The notes: generated by a model from the letters alone, not told the origin. 64,000 nt of DNA from Candidatus Cloacimonadales bacterium (GCA_963662585.1 OY759729.1:512001-576000), one strand, 5' to 3'; positions 51,367 through 61,254 are shown, counted from the first letter of the stretch. Translations and numbers: made by a program.

Positions 51367-54300
51367 ATGAGAGATTTGAGATTGACTTTTCTGATTGTTT
51401 TGATGATGCTTTTGACGGTGGGAACACTGGGTGCTGTAGATTATACTATAGAAAACATTTTAGATTTATGGAATGTAAGAAATGATTTAGGTGGAAATTA
51501 TACCGTAACCGCAGCAAGTGGCTTGAATTTAGAAGCTACTAATCCAGAAACAATTGTTGCTTGGGCGGCAAGTACTTACAATGAAGGTGAGATAATAGAA
51601 TATACTGATGGATATGCCTATTACTCTAATAATGGATCTAACGACAACGAACCTACTGGCGATACTGATACAAACTGGACCCAAATGTGGGAATGTGACA
51701 AAGGCTGGCAACCAATTGGAACTGCAACTTTACCTTTCCACGGTAACTTTGATGGTGGTGGAAAGATAATATCTAACCTCTATATAAACAGAGGTGCTGA
51801 TGCTTCTGCAAACAATACATTTCCTCTCAATGGTGAAGATTCTGTTGGGCTCTTTGGTTATGTAACAGATGGTGACACAGCTGATTCTGGCAATAATCTT
51901 ACAGATATTTATATCAAAAATGTAGCCTTAACCAATGTAAGCATTCAGGGTAAAAGAGGGACTGGAGCTCTTATTGGAAAAATACTCATTCCTAAAAAGA
52001 AAGGTAAATTAGTAATTACCGAAAATTGTTCTGCAACTGGTACAGTTTCAGGTTTTGGTGCCACAGGTGGTTTAGTAGGAGCTAACAACAGTAATGAGAA
52101 ACAAGCTGTTCCTATCATCAGATACTGCTATGCTAATGTAACAGTATCATCAACACATTCTTCAAATCAAGCACTTAATAGTGGAGACAATAATAATCCT
52201 TATAACATTAAATATGGTGGATTAGTTGGTTGTAACGAAAACGGTGTTACCCAAGACTCTTATGCACTGGGAAATGTTTCTGGTGGCGATAGAGTTGGTG
52301 GTTTAGCAGGTTGTTCTATTGGTGGAGCGATCTTTAGATCCTATGCAACTGGCTCTGTTACTCAGAATATAGGTTCTTCATCATGGGAAGGCGGTTATGG
52401 TCCTATTACAGGAAGAACTGAAGGAAGACTACCTCCTGGATTAGGTGGTACAAATGCTGCAGGTTCAGTTGAAGATTGCTACTATTTAAGTTCTGCAACA
52501 TTAACAGGTACAACAAATGTAAATGCTTTTGGAACAGCTCAAACTTCTGCACAATTGAAAACAGCTACACCTTATACAAACTGGTCATCTTCTGTATGGA
52601 CATTCTCTGAAGATGAATCTGCATACCCTATTTTAACGGGCTCCCCAGCCTCAATGTTCCATTTCCAATCGAACAAAAATGGCTCATTCTCAACTGCTTC
52701 TAATTGGAATACTTCATCTTCCATTAGCGGTCCTTTTAATACTGCATCAGTATTAAAACCTGATTATACTAATTCTCTCAGTATCAATATTCGTTCTGCA
52801 GATACTATCACTCTAGCAACTAGTAAAAATGCCTTCATTAGTACAACAACAGTGAATGGAAAACTTATTGTAGCTAGTGGTGCTGTGTTAAATATTGAAA
52901 ATGAAGCTGGTGATGATTTAGTAGTTAATGGAGAATTAGAAGTTTCAAACACATTAAATGTTGGTCAATCAGCTACCATAGTTAGTAACACAGGCTCTAC
53001 AATTACATTCAAAGGAAATTCAAGTATCAGTGCTACTACTGTAAACGGAAGCCTCGTTGTTGAGGATGGAGTAACTTTATCAGTAGTGAATAATCCAGGA
53101 GATGAGGTTACAGATGGGTTTGGAGAGATAGATGATTTAATAATAAATGGTAATTTAGAAGTTACGGGTGCATTAGATATTGAAGAAATAACAAAAGTTA
53201 TTGGTAATACTAATTCTACCATTACTTTTAATGGTAGTGAAGCTCAAACTGTTAATTTAGGCTTAACTTCAGTGTATAATCTTACTATTAATAACAGTGC
53301 CGGAGTTACTCTACCTTCTACAATGATCATTTATGGCACATTATCTGTCTTATCAGACAATTATACTATTCCTAGTACTGTAGAAGTAGACGGACTAAAC
53401 TCCCCAATTATTAAACATCTTTCCTGGACTGCAACTGATTATAATGTAAAAAACTATGCAACTACAACAACTTTAGAAACTTCTCTTTTCCCAGAATTTA
53501 TAAACCGCTCTTGGACTATTACCGGTAATATTAACGACGCTGATATAGCCAACAGGAAAAAAGTGATTACTTTCTATTGGACTTCTGCAGAAGATAATAA
53601 TTACGACTGGGTTAATACTAGTTCTGTGCCAGTTCTCTTTGATGGAGGAACTAAATTATCAACCGCAACATCTTCTAATTTAACCACAGATAATCGCACT
53701 GCTACATTTGAATATAATTTCCCTCAGAATGTAAAAGCATCTAGAGGTCAACTTACTATTGGTTTAGATGATAGCCAAACTCTACCTGTTGAATTATCTA
53801 CTTTCGGAGCTTTTAACTATCAAGGAAACAGTGTAATGATTCAGTGGATTACCCAATCTGAGAGCAATTTAGATGGTTATAGAATTTATCGTAATAACGA
53901 AAACACATTGAATAGTGCTGAGATGTTAGATACTTTTATTAATGGTACAAACACCAGCCAACCACAAGCTTACTCTTTTATTGATAAGACTCTTTCTGGA
54001 AATGGAATATATTATTATTGGATTCAGATGTTAGATTATGATGGTAGTAATTCTTTCTATGGACCGGCAATTGTAGAATATGCAGATGATTTTGATCATT
54101 CTGTTGATATTCCTTTAGTTACTGGGCTTATATCTATCTACCCAAATCCTTTTAATCCAACTACAACAATTAGTTATTCTTTAGAGTTTAATTCACCTGT
54201 TGAAGTTAATATCTATAATATTAAAGGACAGTTGGTAAAGAGCTTTGATTTAGGAATGCAAGCACAAGGTTTCCATAAAGTTGTTTGGAATGGAGAATCT

Positions 54301-54393
54301 GATAGTGGTAATAGTCTTCCTTCTGGAATATATTTCAGCAAAATGAAAACTCAAAATAAGGTTGATATCAAGAAAATTATGCTCTTAAAATAG
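51367..54393 (+). CDS. Secreted GLUG-repeat protein, paralog of 47371, with CBM5/12-like insert and CTD
   Basis: Shares PYNIKYGGLVGCNENG and GGDRVGGLAGCSIGGAIFRSYATG with 47371; LPVELSTF; IYPNPFNPTT. Confidence 0.85.
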   Translation: MRDLRLTFLIVLMMLLTVGTLGAVDYTIENILDLWNVRNDLGGNYTVTAASGLNLEATNPETIVAWAASTYNEGEIIEYTDGYAYYSNNGSNDNEPTGDTDTNWTQMWECDKGWQPIGTATLPFHGNFDGGGKIISNLYINRGADASANNTFPLNGEDSVGLFGYVTDGDTADSGNNLTDIYIKNVALTNVSIQGKRGTGALIGKILIPKKKGKLVITENCSATGTVSGFGATGGLVGANNSNEKQAVPIIRYCYANVTVSSTHSSNQALNSGDNNNPYNIKYGGLVGCNENGVTQDSYALGNVSGGDRVGGLAGCSIGGAIFRSYATGSVTQNIGSSSWEGGYGPITGRTEGRLPPGLGGTNAAGSVEDCYYLSSATLTGTTNVNAFGTAQTSAQLKTATPYTNWSSSVWTFSEDESAYPILTGSPASMFHFQSNKNGSFSTASNWNTSSSISGPFNTASVLKPDYTNSLSINIRSADTITLATSKNAFISTTTVNGKLIVASGAVLNIENEAGDDLVVNGELEVSNTLNVGQSATIVSNTGSTITFKGNSSISATTVNGSLVVEDGVTLSVVNNPGDEVTDGFGEIDDLIINGNLEVTGALDIEEITKVIGNTNSTITFNGSEAQTVNLGLTSVYNLTINNSAGVTLPSTMIIYGTLSVLSDNYTIPSTVEVDGLNSPIIKHLSWTATDYNVKNYATTTTLETSLFPEFINRSWTITGNINDADIANRKKVITFYWTSAEDNNYDWVNTSSVPVLFDGGTKLSTATSSNLTTDNRTATFEYNFPQNVKASRGQLTIGLDDSQTLPVELSTFGAFNYQGNSVMIQWITQSESNLDGYRIYRNNENTLNSAEMLDTFINGTNTSQPQAYSFIDKTLSGNGIYYYWIQMLDYDGSNSFYGPAIVEYADDFDHSVDIPLVTGLISIYPNPFNPTTTISYSLEFNSPVEVNIYNIKGQLVKSFDLGMQAQGFHKVVWNGESDSGNSLPSGIYFSKMKTQNKVDIKKIMLLK

Positions 54394-54398
54394 AACAC

Positions 54399-54540
54399 TG
54401 TGGGGGGCGTATGGCAATACGCCCCTACAATGTATTAAGTCCCCTCGGGAGAAGAGGGGTGCCTACGCAGTAGGCGGGGTGTTGAAGGTGTACCAGATTT
54501 AACTTCCATAGCAAGTACTAAAACGAGGAGTTTAAGAGGT
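54399..54540. repeat. REP-like palindromes shared with the 4343-5822 cluster
   Basis: Reverse copy of GTAGGGGCGTATTGCCATACGCCC at 54405-54428, then TCCCCTC..AGAGGGGTGCCTACGCAGTAGGCGGGGTGTTGAA. Confidence 0.8.
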
Positions 54541-54789
54541 CATTTCTCTTTTCTTAAAAATTAGTGTAATTCGTGAAATTAGTGGATCGATTTCTTCTTC
54601 TTTATCATCATTGTGAAGCAATAGCTCAATTTTTTACTTATACTTATTAATTTCCTTGTGTCTTTGTAGTAAAAGTTCTTCTCTATCTCTATCTCTTTCT
54701 CCAACTCAATTCTCTTTTAGCAAACTTTTTCCTTGTCAAGAAATTGCCCAATATTTTAAATGAATAAAATAATATTTTCAGAGGTTATC

Positions 54790-55557
54790 ATGAGAAAGAT
54801 TATCGTTGCCGGAAATTGGAAGATGAATCATAATTATGATGAAGCTACAGGATTTGTTCAAGAATTACTTCCTCACCTTAAAAGTGTTGAAAGTAACAAT
54901 GTTGAGATGATGATTGCGCCTTCCTTTTTATTTGTGGAAAAACTAAAAGCTTTAGCACAAGAGTCTCACCTCCAAATTGGTGCACAAGATGTAAGTTCTC
55001 AGGAAAAAGGAGCTTACACAGGTGAAGTTTCAGCCGAAATGTTAGCTTCTATCAAGAGTGATTTTGCAATAATCGGACATTCAGAAAGAAGAGAATATCA
55101 CCAAGAGTCGAATGAGCTTATTAAAGAAAAGATGATAAAACTTTTTAACTATAACATTAGACCAATTGTCTGTATTGGTGAAACTTTAGAGCAAAGAGAG
55201 CAAGGAATAACTAAAGCAGTTATTTTATCTCAGCTTAAGGGTTGTTTTTCAGGAATAGAATTAGCTAAGCATCTTGAAGTGGTCATAGCTTATGAACCTG
55301 TTTGGGCTATTGGTACTGGTAAAACAGCAACACCAGAAATGGCAGAAGAAGTGCATGCTATGATCAGAGAGTGGTTAACTTCTGAGTATGGTAAAGATTG
55401 CTCTCAAGCAATTCATATTCTTTATGGTGGGAGTATGAAGCCTGACAATATTGAAGCTTTGGTAAATCAGCCAAACATCGATGGTGGTTTGATAGGAGGA
55501 GCTTCTTTGAAAGTAAGTTCTTACCTAGAGATGATTAAAATAGCAAGTAAATTATAG
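54790..55557 (+). CDS. tpiA: Triosephosphate isomerase
   Basis: AGNWKM, GHSERR, AYEPVWAIGTG, LYGGS, GGASL. Confidence 0.97.
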   Translation: MRKIIVAGNWKMNHNYDEATGFVQELLPHLKSVESNNVEMMIAPSFLFVEKLKALAQESHLQIGAQDVSSQEKGAYTGEVSAEMLASIKSDFAIIGHSERREYHQESNELIKEKMIKLFNYNIRPIVCIGETLEQREQGITKAVILSQLKGCFSGIELAKHLEVVIAYEPVWAIGTGKTATPEMAEEVHAMIREWLTSEYGKDCSQAIHILYGGSMKPDNIEALVNQPNIDGGLIGGASLKVSSYLEMIKIASKL

Positions 55558-55572
55558 ATATTGAGGAATAAA

Positions 55573-56829
55573 ATGTTAGATTTAAAATTTATTAGAGAGA
55601 ATGCAGAGCTTGTAAAAGAAGCTATAAAAAATAAAAATGAGAAAGCAGATATTGATAGAATTTTAGAATTAGATGAAGTAAAGAGAATAGCTCAATTCAA
55701 ATTTGATCAGAAGAAAGCTGACCAAAACAGAGTTTCTAAAGAAATCGGACTTAAGAAGAAGAATAAAGAAGATGCTTCTGAATTATTAGACCAAATGGCT
55801 AGTGTGGCTCAAGAGATTAAAGACCTAAAGAACACTCTCACTGATGCCGAAAATGCTCTTAATGAAGCAATTCTCTGGGTACCAAATATGCCTCATGCAG
55901 ATGTTCCTGTTGGTAAATCTGAAGATGATAATCAGACTATTAGAGAATGGGGCACCAAGCGTGAATTTACCTTTCAGCCTGTAGATCATGTTGAAATAGC
56001 ACAGAAGAACAATCTTTTAGATTTAGAAAGAGGTGCTAAAATATCAGGTAGTGGATTTCCTATTCACACAGGAATGGGTGCAAGATTAGAAAGAGCTTTG
56101 ATTAACTTCATGTTAGATTATCATTTAATTCATCATGGCTATCAAGAAATCATGGTACCATCTATGGTTAATCCTGCTTCTATGCGTGGTACAGGTCAAC
56201 TTCCTAAACTTAAAGATGATATGTATTGCATTGCTGAAGATGATATGTATCTTATTCCAACAGCTGAAGTTCCTATCACTAACTTCTACTCTGGTGAAAT
56301 ATTAAAGAATGAAGACTTACCAAAGAAATTTGTCGGTTTTTCTAATTGTTTTAGAAGAGAAGCAGGTTCCTATGGAAAAGATACTAGAGGATTACAAAGA
56401 CTTCATCAGTTCAATAAAGTAGAGATGGTAAGATTTGTTAGACCTGAAGATTCTTGGTCAGTTTTAGCAGAAATGGTTAATGACGCTGAAGATATTCTTA
56501 AAGCTCTAAACCTACCATACCGAGTGCTTAGACTCTGTACAGGTGATACTAGCTTTGCTTCTGCCATGACCTACGACTTAGAAGTCTGGGCTCCAGGAGC
56601 TAATAAATACCTTGAAGTATCTTCAGTATCAAATTTTGTAGATTTCCAAGCACGCCGTGCTTCTATTAGATTTAGAGATAATGAAGGCAAGGTTCAATTC
56701 GTTCATACTTTGAATGGCTCTGGTTTAGCAACCCCAAGAACTATTATTGCTATTTTAGAGAATTACCAAAATGAAGATGGAAGCTTTGAAATACCTGAAG
56801 TTTTAAAAGCTTATTTACCAAAAATATAA
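55573..56829 (+). CDS. serS: Serine--tRNA ligase
   Basis: MLDLKFIREN, PTAEVP, FRREAGS, HQFNKVE, HTLNGSGLA. Confidence 0.97.
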   Translation: MLDLKFIRENAELVKEAIKNKNEKADIDRILELDEVKRIAQFKFDQKKADQNRVSKEIGLKKKNKEDASELLDQMASVAQEIKDLKNTLTDAENALNEAILWVPNMPHADVPVGKSEDDNQTIREWGTKREFTFQPVDHVEIAQKNNLLDLERGAKISGSGFPIHTGMGARLERALINFMLDYHLIHHGYQEIMVPSMVNPASMRGTGQLPKLKDDMYCIAEDDMYLIPTAEVPITNFYSGEILKNEDLPKKFVGFSNCFRREAGSYGKDTRGLQRLHQFNKVEMVRFVRPEDSWSVLAEMVNDAEDILKALNLPYRVLRLCTGDTSFASAMTYDLEVWAPGANKYLEVSSVSNFVDFQARRASIRFRDNEGKVQFVHTLNGSGLATPRTIIAILENYQNEDGSFEIPEVLKAYLPKI

Positions 56830-56847
56830 GAATATTATTTACCCTCT

Positions 56848-57492
56848 TAAATCCCCCTCCGCGAGGGGGACACAGGGGGTGTTTTCTTCTATAGAGTGGA
56901 AGCGTCCCTGCTTCCATTAACTGGGATTTCAAGATCTTCAATCAGCTTAGACACTATTCATCTGCTACTTATCAATTCACAGCGGACAAGCTGTCCTCAA
57001 TCCGACAGAAGAGGGATTATCACGCTGTAAACTCCCCGCTTTAGTGCTGAAAGCACGCTAAAAGAGGGGTGGCTGCGAAGCAGACGGGGTGTTTTAAATC
57101 CCCCTCCGCGAGGGGGACACAGGGGGTGTTTTCTTCTATGGAATGGAAGCGTCCCTGCTTCCATTAACTGGGATTTCAAGATCTTCAATCAGCTTAGACA
57201 CTATTCATCTGCTACTTATCAATTCACAGCGGACAAGCTGTCCTCAATCCGACAGAAGAGGGATTATCACACTAAATCTCCCTCCGCGAGGAGGATACAG
57301 GGGGTGTCTTCTTCTATGGAATGGAAGCGTCCCAGCTTCCATTAACTGGGATTTCATGATCTTCAATCAGCTTAGACACTATTCATCTACTACTTATCAA
57401 TTCACAGCGGACAAGTTGTCCACAATCCGACAGAAGAGGGATTATCACACTAAATCCCCCTTAGCGAGGGGGAAACAGGGGGTATTTTCTTC
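56848..57492 (-). repeat. Tandem array of a 178-bp REP-bearing unit (3 full copies + 1 partial)
   Basis: Units start at 56848, 57095, 57273 and 57451. The first interval holds an extra ~69-bp palindromic module. Reverse complement of modules at 4879-5190. Confidence 0.92.
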
Positions 57493-57500
57493 TAAAGAAT

Positions 57501-58541
57501 CTAATAATTCTTACTCTTTAAATATCCCACAACACAATTAGCTATTGATTTTTCAAAATCAGGTTTTTCCTCTTTAAATTTCCATTCTCTATTTTCCTGA
57601 TAATAATAGCCCTTATTTTTAACAATCACATTTACCCCAAAATGCTGAGCCTGAAACTCTATTAAATGATATTCTTTCCCATCGAAAGCGACATCGATAG
57701 AAAGAGAAGGAGTATTGAATTTCTTAAAGATTTCCATACTGAAATCTAAAAGTGCTGTTTCTGCTGTGAAATTACAATCAAACTTCTTGGCTCCCGAAGC
57801 TCTAAAGTCATTATCTCTATTCCAGCGTCTAGTTACCCAAAGTTGATCAAAAAGGACTAAGACTCGATAATCATATTGCAAGTTAGGAATAAATGGTTGT
57901 AAGATAAAACTACGCTCTGGCTTGATATGCTTTTCATATTGAAGGGCATCTTTTCTCTTACAATGTTCTGGATATTCTTTGAACTTTTTAAATCTTAAAT
58001 GAGCTCTTCTTATAAGGTCTAATCTTTCTCTAAATTTTATTTTTTCCCATTTTTTCAAGGTCTCTATGAGTTCATTATGAGATTTAACTAAGAAGACACC
58101 GTTGCCGTTAGAACCATCAATAGTCTTCAAAACAACTGGATAAGTAATATCATAATCAACAATATCATCACTTGAGGAGAAATAGAGGCTATTAAGTGAT
58201 TTTATACATAACTTCTTCTTTAGGATTTCTTGATAGCCTTTATCTTCATGACATAAAAGCAGGGGTAGTTCAGGAATTAAATCATAGTCTTTCATGTGAA
58301 GATAATGAATGATATCGCCAATATAATGTCGAAGATTCTCTTTTTGACTAAATGTATAAAAAACAGGTATTCCTGCAAGATCAATATCATTATTAAAGAC
58401 TTGGTGATAGGTAAAGATTTGTGGGTCATAGCCCATTGCTCTGATTAGTTTCTCTATTCTATCTAAATTAGCTGAGACCCAAGGCTTACGAGTTTGTCCG
58501 TAAAACTTTCCATCACGAGTTAATATTGCAATTTTTTTCAA
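57501..58541 (-). CDS. ATP-grasp (RimK-like) protein
   Basis: YPVVLKTIDGSNGNGVFLV, ILQPFIP..DYRV, DFRASG, SIDV..LIEFQ. Confidence 0.8.
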   Translation of the reverse strand: MKKIAILTRDGKFYGQTRKPWVSANLDRIEKLIRAMGYDPQIFTYHQVFNNDIDLAGIPVFYTFSQKENLRHYIGDIIHYLHMKDYDLIPELPLLLCHEDKGYQEILKKKLCIKSLNSLYFSSSDDIVDYDITYPVVLKTIDGSNGNGVFLVKSHNELIETLKKWEKIKFRERLDLIRRAHLRFKKFKEYPEHCKRKDALQYEKHIKPERSFILQPFIPNLQYDYRVLVLFDQLWVTRRWNRDNDFRASGAKKFDCNFTAETALLDFSMEIFKKFNTPSLSIDVAFDGKEYHLIEFQAQHFGVNVIVKNKGYYYQENREWKFKEEKPDFEKSIANCVVGYLKSKNY

Positions 58542-58826
58542 TTTATCTAAACTCCAGAAAATTATTTTTTACACTATTTATTGCGATAATGAACTGTCAA
58601 TACAAAAATAGAGCCAAGTAGCTCTTTTGAATGTATTTCTTGCCTAATCTAGAGATTATCTCTTAGTGGTATTCCCTTGCTCCATCACTCTAAACTCATT
58701 TTCTTTTCGAAAACTCATTTGATTGAGTGAGAAAGAGCAAGGAAAGAGAATTGAAGAACATTATAGCGAGAGTAGAATAGTAAGCCAATAATAAGAAGCT
58801 GAAGTTAAGTCTTTCTAAAAATATTG

Positions 58827-58862
58827 AAAAAAAAAGTGGCTACCAATATTGGCAACCACTTT
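58827..58862 (-). terminator. Terminator after the 58890 gene
   Basis: AAAGTGG-(imperfect CCAATATTGG core)-CCACTTT followed by a T tract on the minus strand. Confidence 0.65.
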
Positions 58863-58889
58863 AGTAAATTTTACATAACATTCCAGAGA

Positions 58890-59087
58890 CTATCTATTTC
58901 CGTGACCCTTTCCATTTCCAGAAGAATTACCTTTTCCAGCTCCAGGTTGAGGACCTTTTTTAGCACCTTCATTCTTTTTAGAAGCTTGATCTAAGCCTCT
59001 TCCTTTATCATTACCTACTGCTTTTCCTAAACCTTTTCCGGTTTTTGGACCTTTCCCATTAGGGCCTGTTTTGTCTCCATTTGGCAT
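58890..59087 (-). CDS. Small Gly/Lys-rich protein, DUF5320-like
   Basis: MPNGDKTGPNGKGPKTGKGLG N-terminus matches the MPxGDxTGPxGxGPxTGxG pattern; AAGGAG SD. Confidence 0.7.
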   Translation of the reverse strand: MPNGDKTGPNGKGPKTGKGLGKAVGNDKGRGLDQASKKNEGAKKGPQPGAGKGNSSGNGKGHGNR

Positions 59088-59386
59088 AATAGAACTCCTT
59101 TAAAAAACTTATATGACATAGTATAACTAACTTTAGTTCAAAACCAAATTTTATTATTTATATTTCAACTTTATTTTTAGATATTTTCCAATTTATAGAT
59201 AATCCTAAAATCAGCTTAAAAGTTAATATAAAAGTATTTTTTCTAGTGAAGAATATAATCCAGTAGTCAAAGACTTCTAATTTGATTTATCTTGATTTCA
59301 AGCCAAATTTGACCTTTTATTTCGAACTTATGTTCATTATATCATGAATTCATCTATTTCTTTTCTATCTACTTGGCTTCTTAAAT

Positions 59387-59426
59387 AAAAAAAACTCTCC
59401 CGAAACTTATCTAATTTCAGGAGAGT
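59387..59426 (-). terminator. Terminator after yitT-family gene
   Basis: ACTCTCCTGAAA-TTAGATAAG-TTTCGGGAGAGT-TTTTTTT on the minus strand. Confidence 0.75.
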
Positions 59427-59453
59427 ATCGTTCAAATCAATAATTCTTGCAGA

Positions 59454-60449
59454 TTACTTTCTTTCTTTAGCAGAGTTTAAATTTGCTTGAATCTGTTCTA
59501 AACTCTTATTATCTTGAAGATTTAGTTGCCTACTTTTAAATCCATATCCCATAACATCATAAACATCATTAAGAATAACAAAAGAATTAGGATCAATACT
59601 TTTTACTAGATCAGTAAGAGGACCAACCTGTCTTCTATTACATACGCAGAGCAAGACATTAAGCTCTCTCCCACTCCAACCTGATTCAGCTTTAAACATG
59701 GTTACCCCACGATTTAATCTTTTATAAATTTCATTCTTAATTTCAATTGCTTCCGTGGAGATAATATAAACACCTTTGATGTAAGGAAGACCTTCACTGG
59801 CAATGTCTGTCATCTTAGTAGAAATGAAGAGGTTAACATAAGCCCAGATAAGAAGTCTAATATCTTGGAAAGTAAAGCAAACAGTAAGAATGATTAAGGT
59901 CTCAATTACCCAGTAAGCAGAACCTACAGAGATTCCAGTCTTTTGTTTCACTAAGGCTACTGGGATATCAGTTCCACCTGTAGAACCTCTAAACCTAAAA
60001 ATTATACCTAAGCCAAGTCCTAACAATACCGATCCGGCAATAGCAGAAAGATACATTTCATCAGGACTCAACATTGCTAATACTTCTTTTCCTTTAAAGA
60101 CATGAGTAAAAGGCTCTAAAGATGGAATAATCCCGATTTTGTGTAAGGTAGAGAAGCTTACAGCATCAATCATTAAAGCAGAGGTAATCATACCAAAAAT
60201 TGACCTAGCACCAAAAGTCTTTCCTATCATTATAAAACTGATAATGAAAAGAGGAAGATTCATAATTAAACTAATCATACCTACAGGAAGTGCATAAAAG
60301 TGATTAAGAATTTGAGCTATACCACCAACTCCACCTGGAGACATTTGATAGGGTACCAAAAACCATGAGTATCCTATCCCGTAAAAAATACTACCAACAA
60401 TAATGCCTAAGATTTGTTTAACATCTAAAGCTTCCAAAGCGTTTTTCAT
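59454..60449 (-). CDS. YitT family membrane protein
   Basis: PGGVGGIA, NLPLF, GSTGGTD, RGVT, DPNSFV..V.G.GF. Confidence 0.9.
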   Translation of the reverse strand: MKNALEALDVKQILGIIVGSIFYGIGYSWFLVPYQMSPGGVGGIAQILNHFYALPVGMISLIMNLPLFIISFIMIGKTFGARSIFGMITSALMIDAVSFSTLHKIGIIPSLEPFTHVFKGKEVLAMLSPDEMYLSAIAGSVLLGLGLGIIFRFRGSTGGTDIPVALVKQKTGISVGSAYWVIETLIILTVCFTFQDIRLLIWAYVNLFISTKMTDIASEGLPYIKGVYIISTEAIEIKNEIYKRLNRGVTMFKAESGWSGRELNVLLCVCNRRQVGPLTDLVKSIDPNSFVILNDVYDVMGYGFKSRQLNLQDNKSLEQIQANLNSAKERK

Positions 60450-60470
60450 TTATTCCTCACATTTATTATT

Positions 60471-60635
60471 ATCCCAAATAATGCAGTAGATCTTTTAGAA
60501 TAGCACTATATTCATTTGCTAAAGCATTTTACATAATTTCTCAGAGTATATATATTATACGCTGATAAATTCTGTAAAAGCTTTATCTAAAAGAATCTGC
60601 ACTCTTCTGTAAAGCTCTACTGCACCATTCGGGAT
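60471..60635 (-). ncRNA. ssrS: Candidate 6S RNA
   Basis: 165-nt rod: ~35-bp closing stem with G-U pairs on the minus strand only, 13x13-nt central bubble, ~27-bp apical stem. Minus-strand TTGACA at 60674-60679. Folded by eye, not confirmed with a covariance model. Confidence 0.65.
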
Positions 60636-60806
60636 TATTCTTTTATCTGCATAAATTTTTAGCCTGTCTTTATGTCAATATAAATCGTTTTGTGGTAATA
60701 AAACACAATTAAATAAACTTTTTATAATTATTTTTGGAAAATTTGACCACATTCAGAAAAAGTGGGCCCTATATATTTATGTAAGCATGAAATAATTGGA
60801 GGACAA

Positions 60807-60965
60807 ATGAAACAATTTGATTTGATTAAATTCTGGGATAAAATGAATAATATTGATACACAACTGAAGCTTCACCGTCAAGAACATAAACATTTATTAT
60901 ATTTTCTAATTTCGATATCAAGTATTGGATTATTACTAATAGCTCCTAATAGTCCAATTTTCTAG
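60807..60965 (+). CDS. Small hypothetical protein with C-terminal TM helix
   Basis: GGAGG SD before the ATG at 60807; 52 aa, coiled-coil-like then hydrophobic segment. Confidence 0.55.
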   Translation: MKQFDLIKFWDKMNNIDTQLKLHRQEHKHLLYFLISISSIGLLLIAPNSPIF

Positions 60966-60997
60966 TTTTTAACCCAATAAGCAAAGAGGAGAATAAG

Positions 60998-61201
60998 ATG
61001 AAAGAACTTATCGTAAAAGATGTAATGAAGAATTTAACCAAAGGAAAAGACCAGTATAATGATGACACTATAAGCTATTTAACAGATAAGATTAACGCTA
61101 TCTTAGATATTCCCTTTATCAATGAAGAAGTTGAAAGGATAATTATTGAAGCAATACTGCAAATCATTTATAGTATAATCTTTGCTAGAAAAAACACTTA
61201 A
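60998..61201 (+). CDS. Small hypothetical protein
   Basis: GAGGAG SD; 67 aa; followed by a terminator. Confidence 0.65.
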   Translation: MKELIVKDVMKNLTKGKDQYNDDTISYLTDKINAILDIPFINEEVERIIIEAILQIIYSIIFARKNT

Positions 61202-61218
61202 AGAATAAAACAATAACT

Positions 61219-61254
61219 AGCCCACTTAGAAGTATTTTCTGAGTGGGCTTTCTT
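61219..61254 (+). terminator. Rho-independent terminator
   Basis: AGCCCACTTAGAA-GTATT-TTCTGAGTGGGCT-TTCTT. Confidence 0.75.

Noticed and set aside
56848..57492. CRISPR array
   Set aside because: Intervening sequences are near-identical rather than unique spacers, the period is 178 bp, and no cas genes are present.
56750..57541. ORFs 56750-56941, 56997-57188 and 57143-57541
   Set aside because: By-products of the 178-bp repeat; they overlap serS or the ATP-grasp gene.
60471..60635. TPP or other known riboswitch upstream of yitT
   Set aside because: A CTGAGA is present but lies inside a long stem and the other TPP consensus elements are missing; the rod-with-bubble fold fits better.
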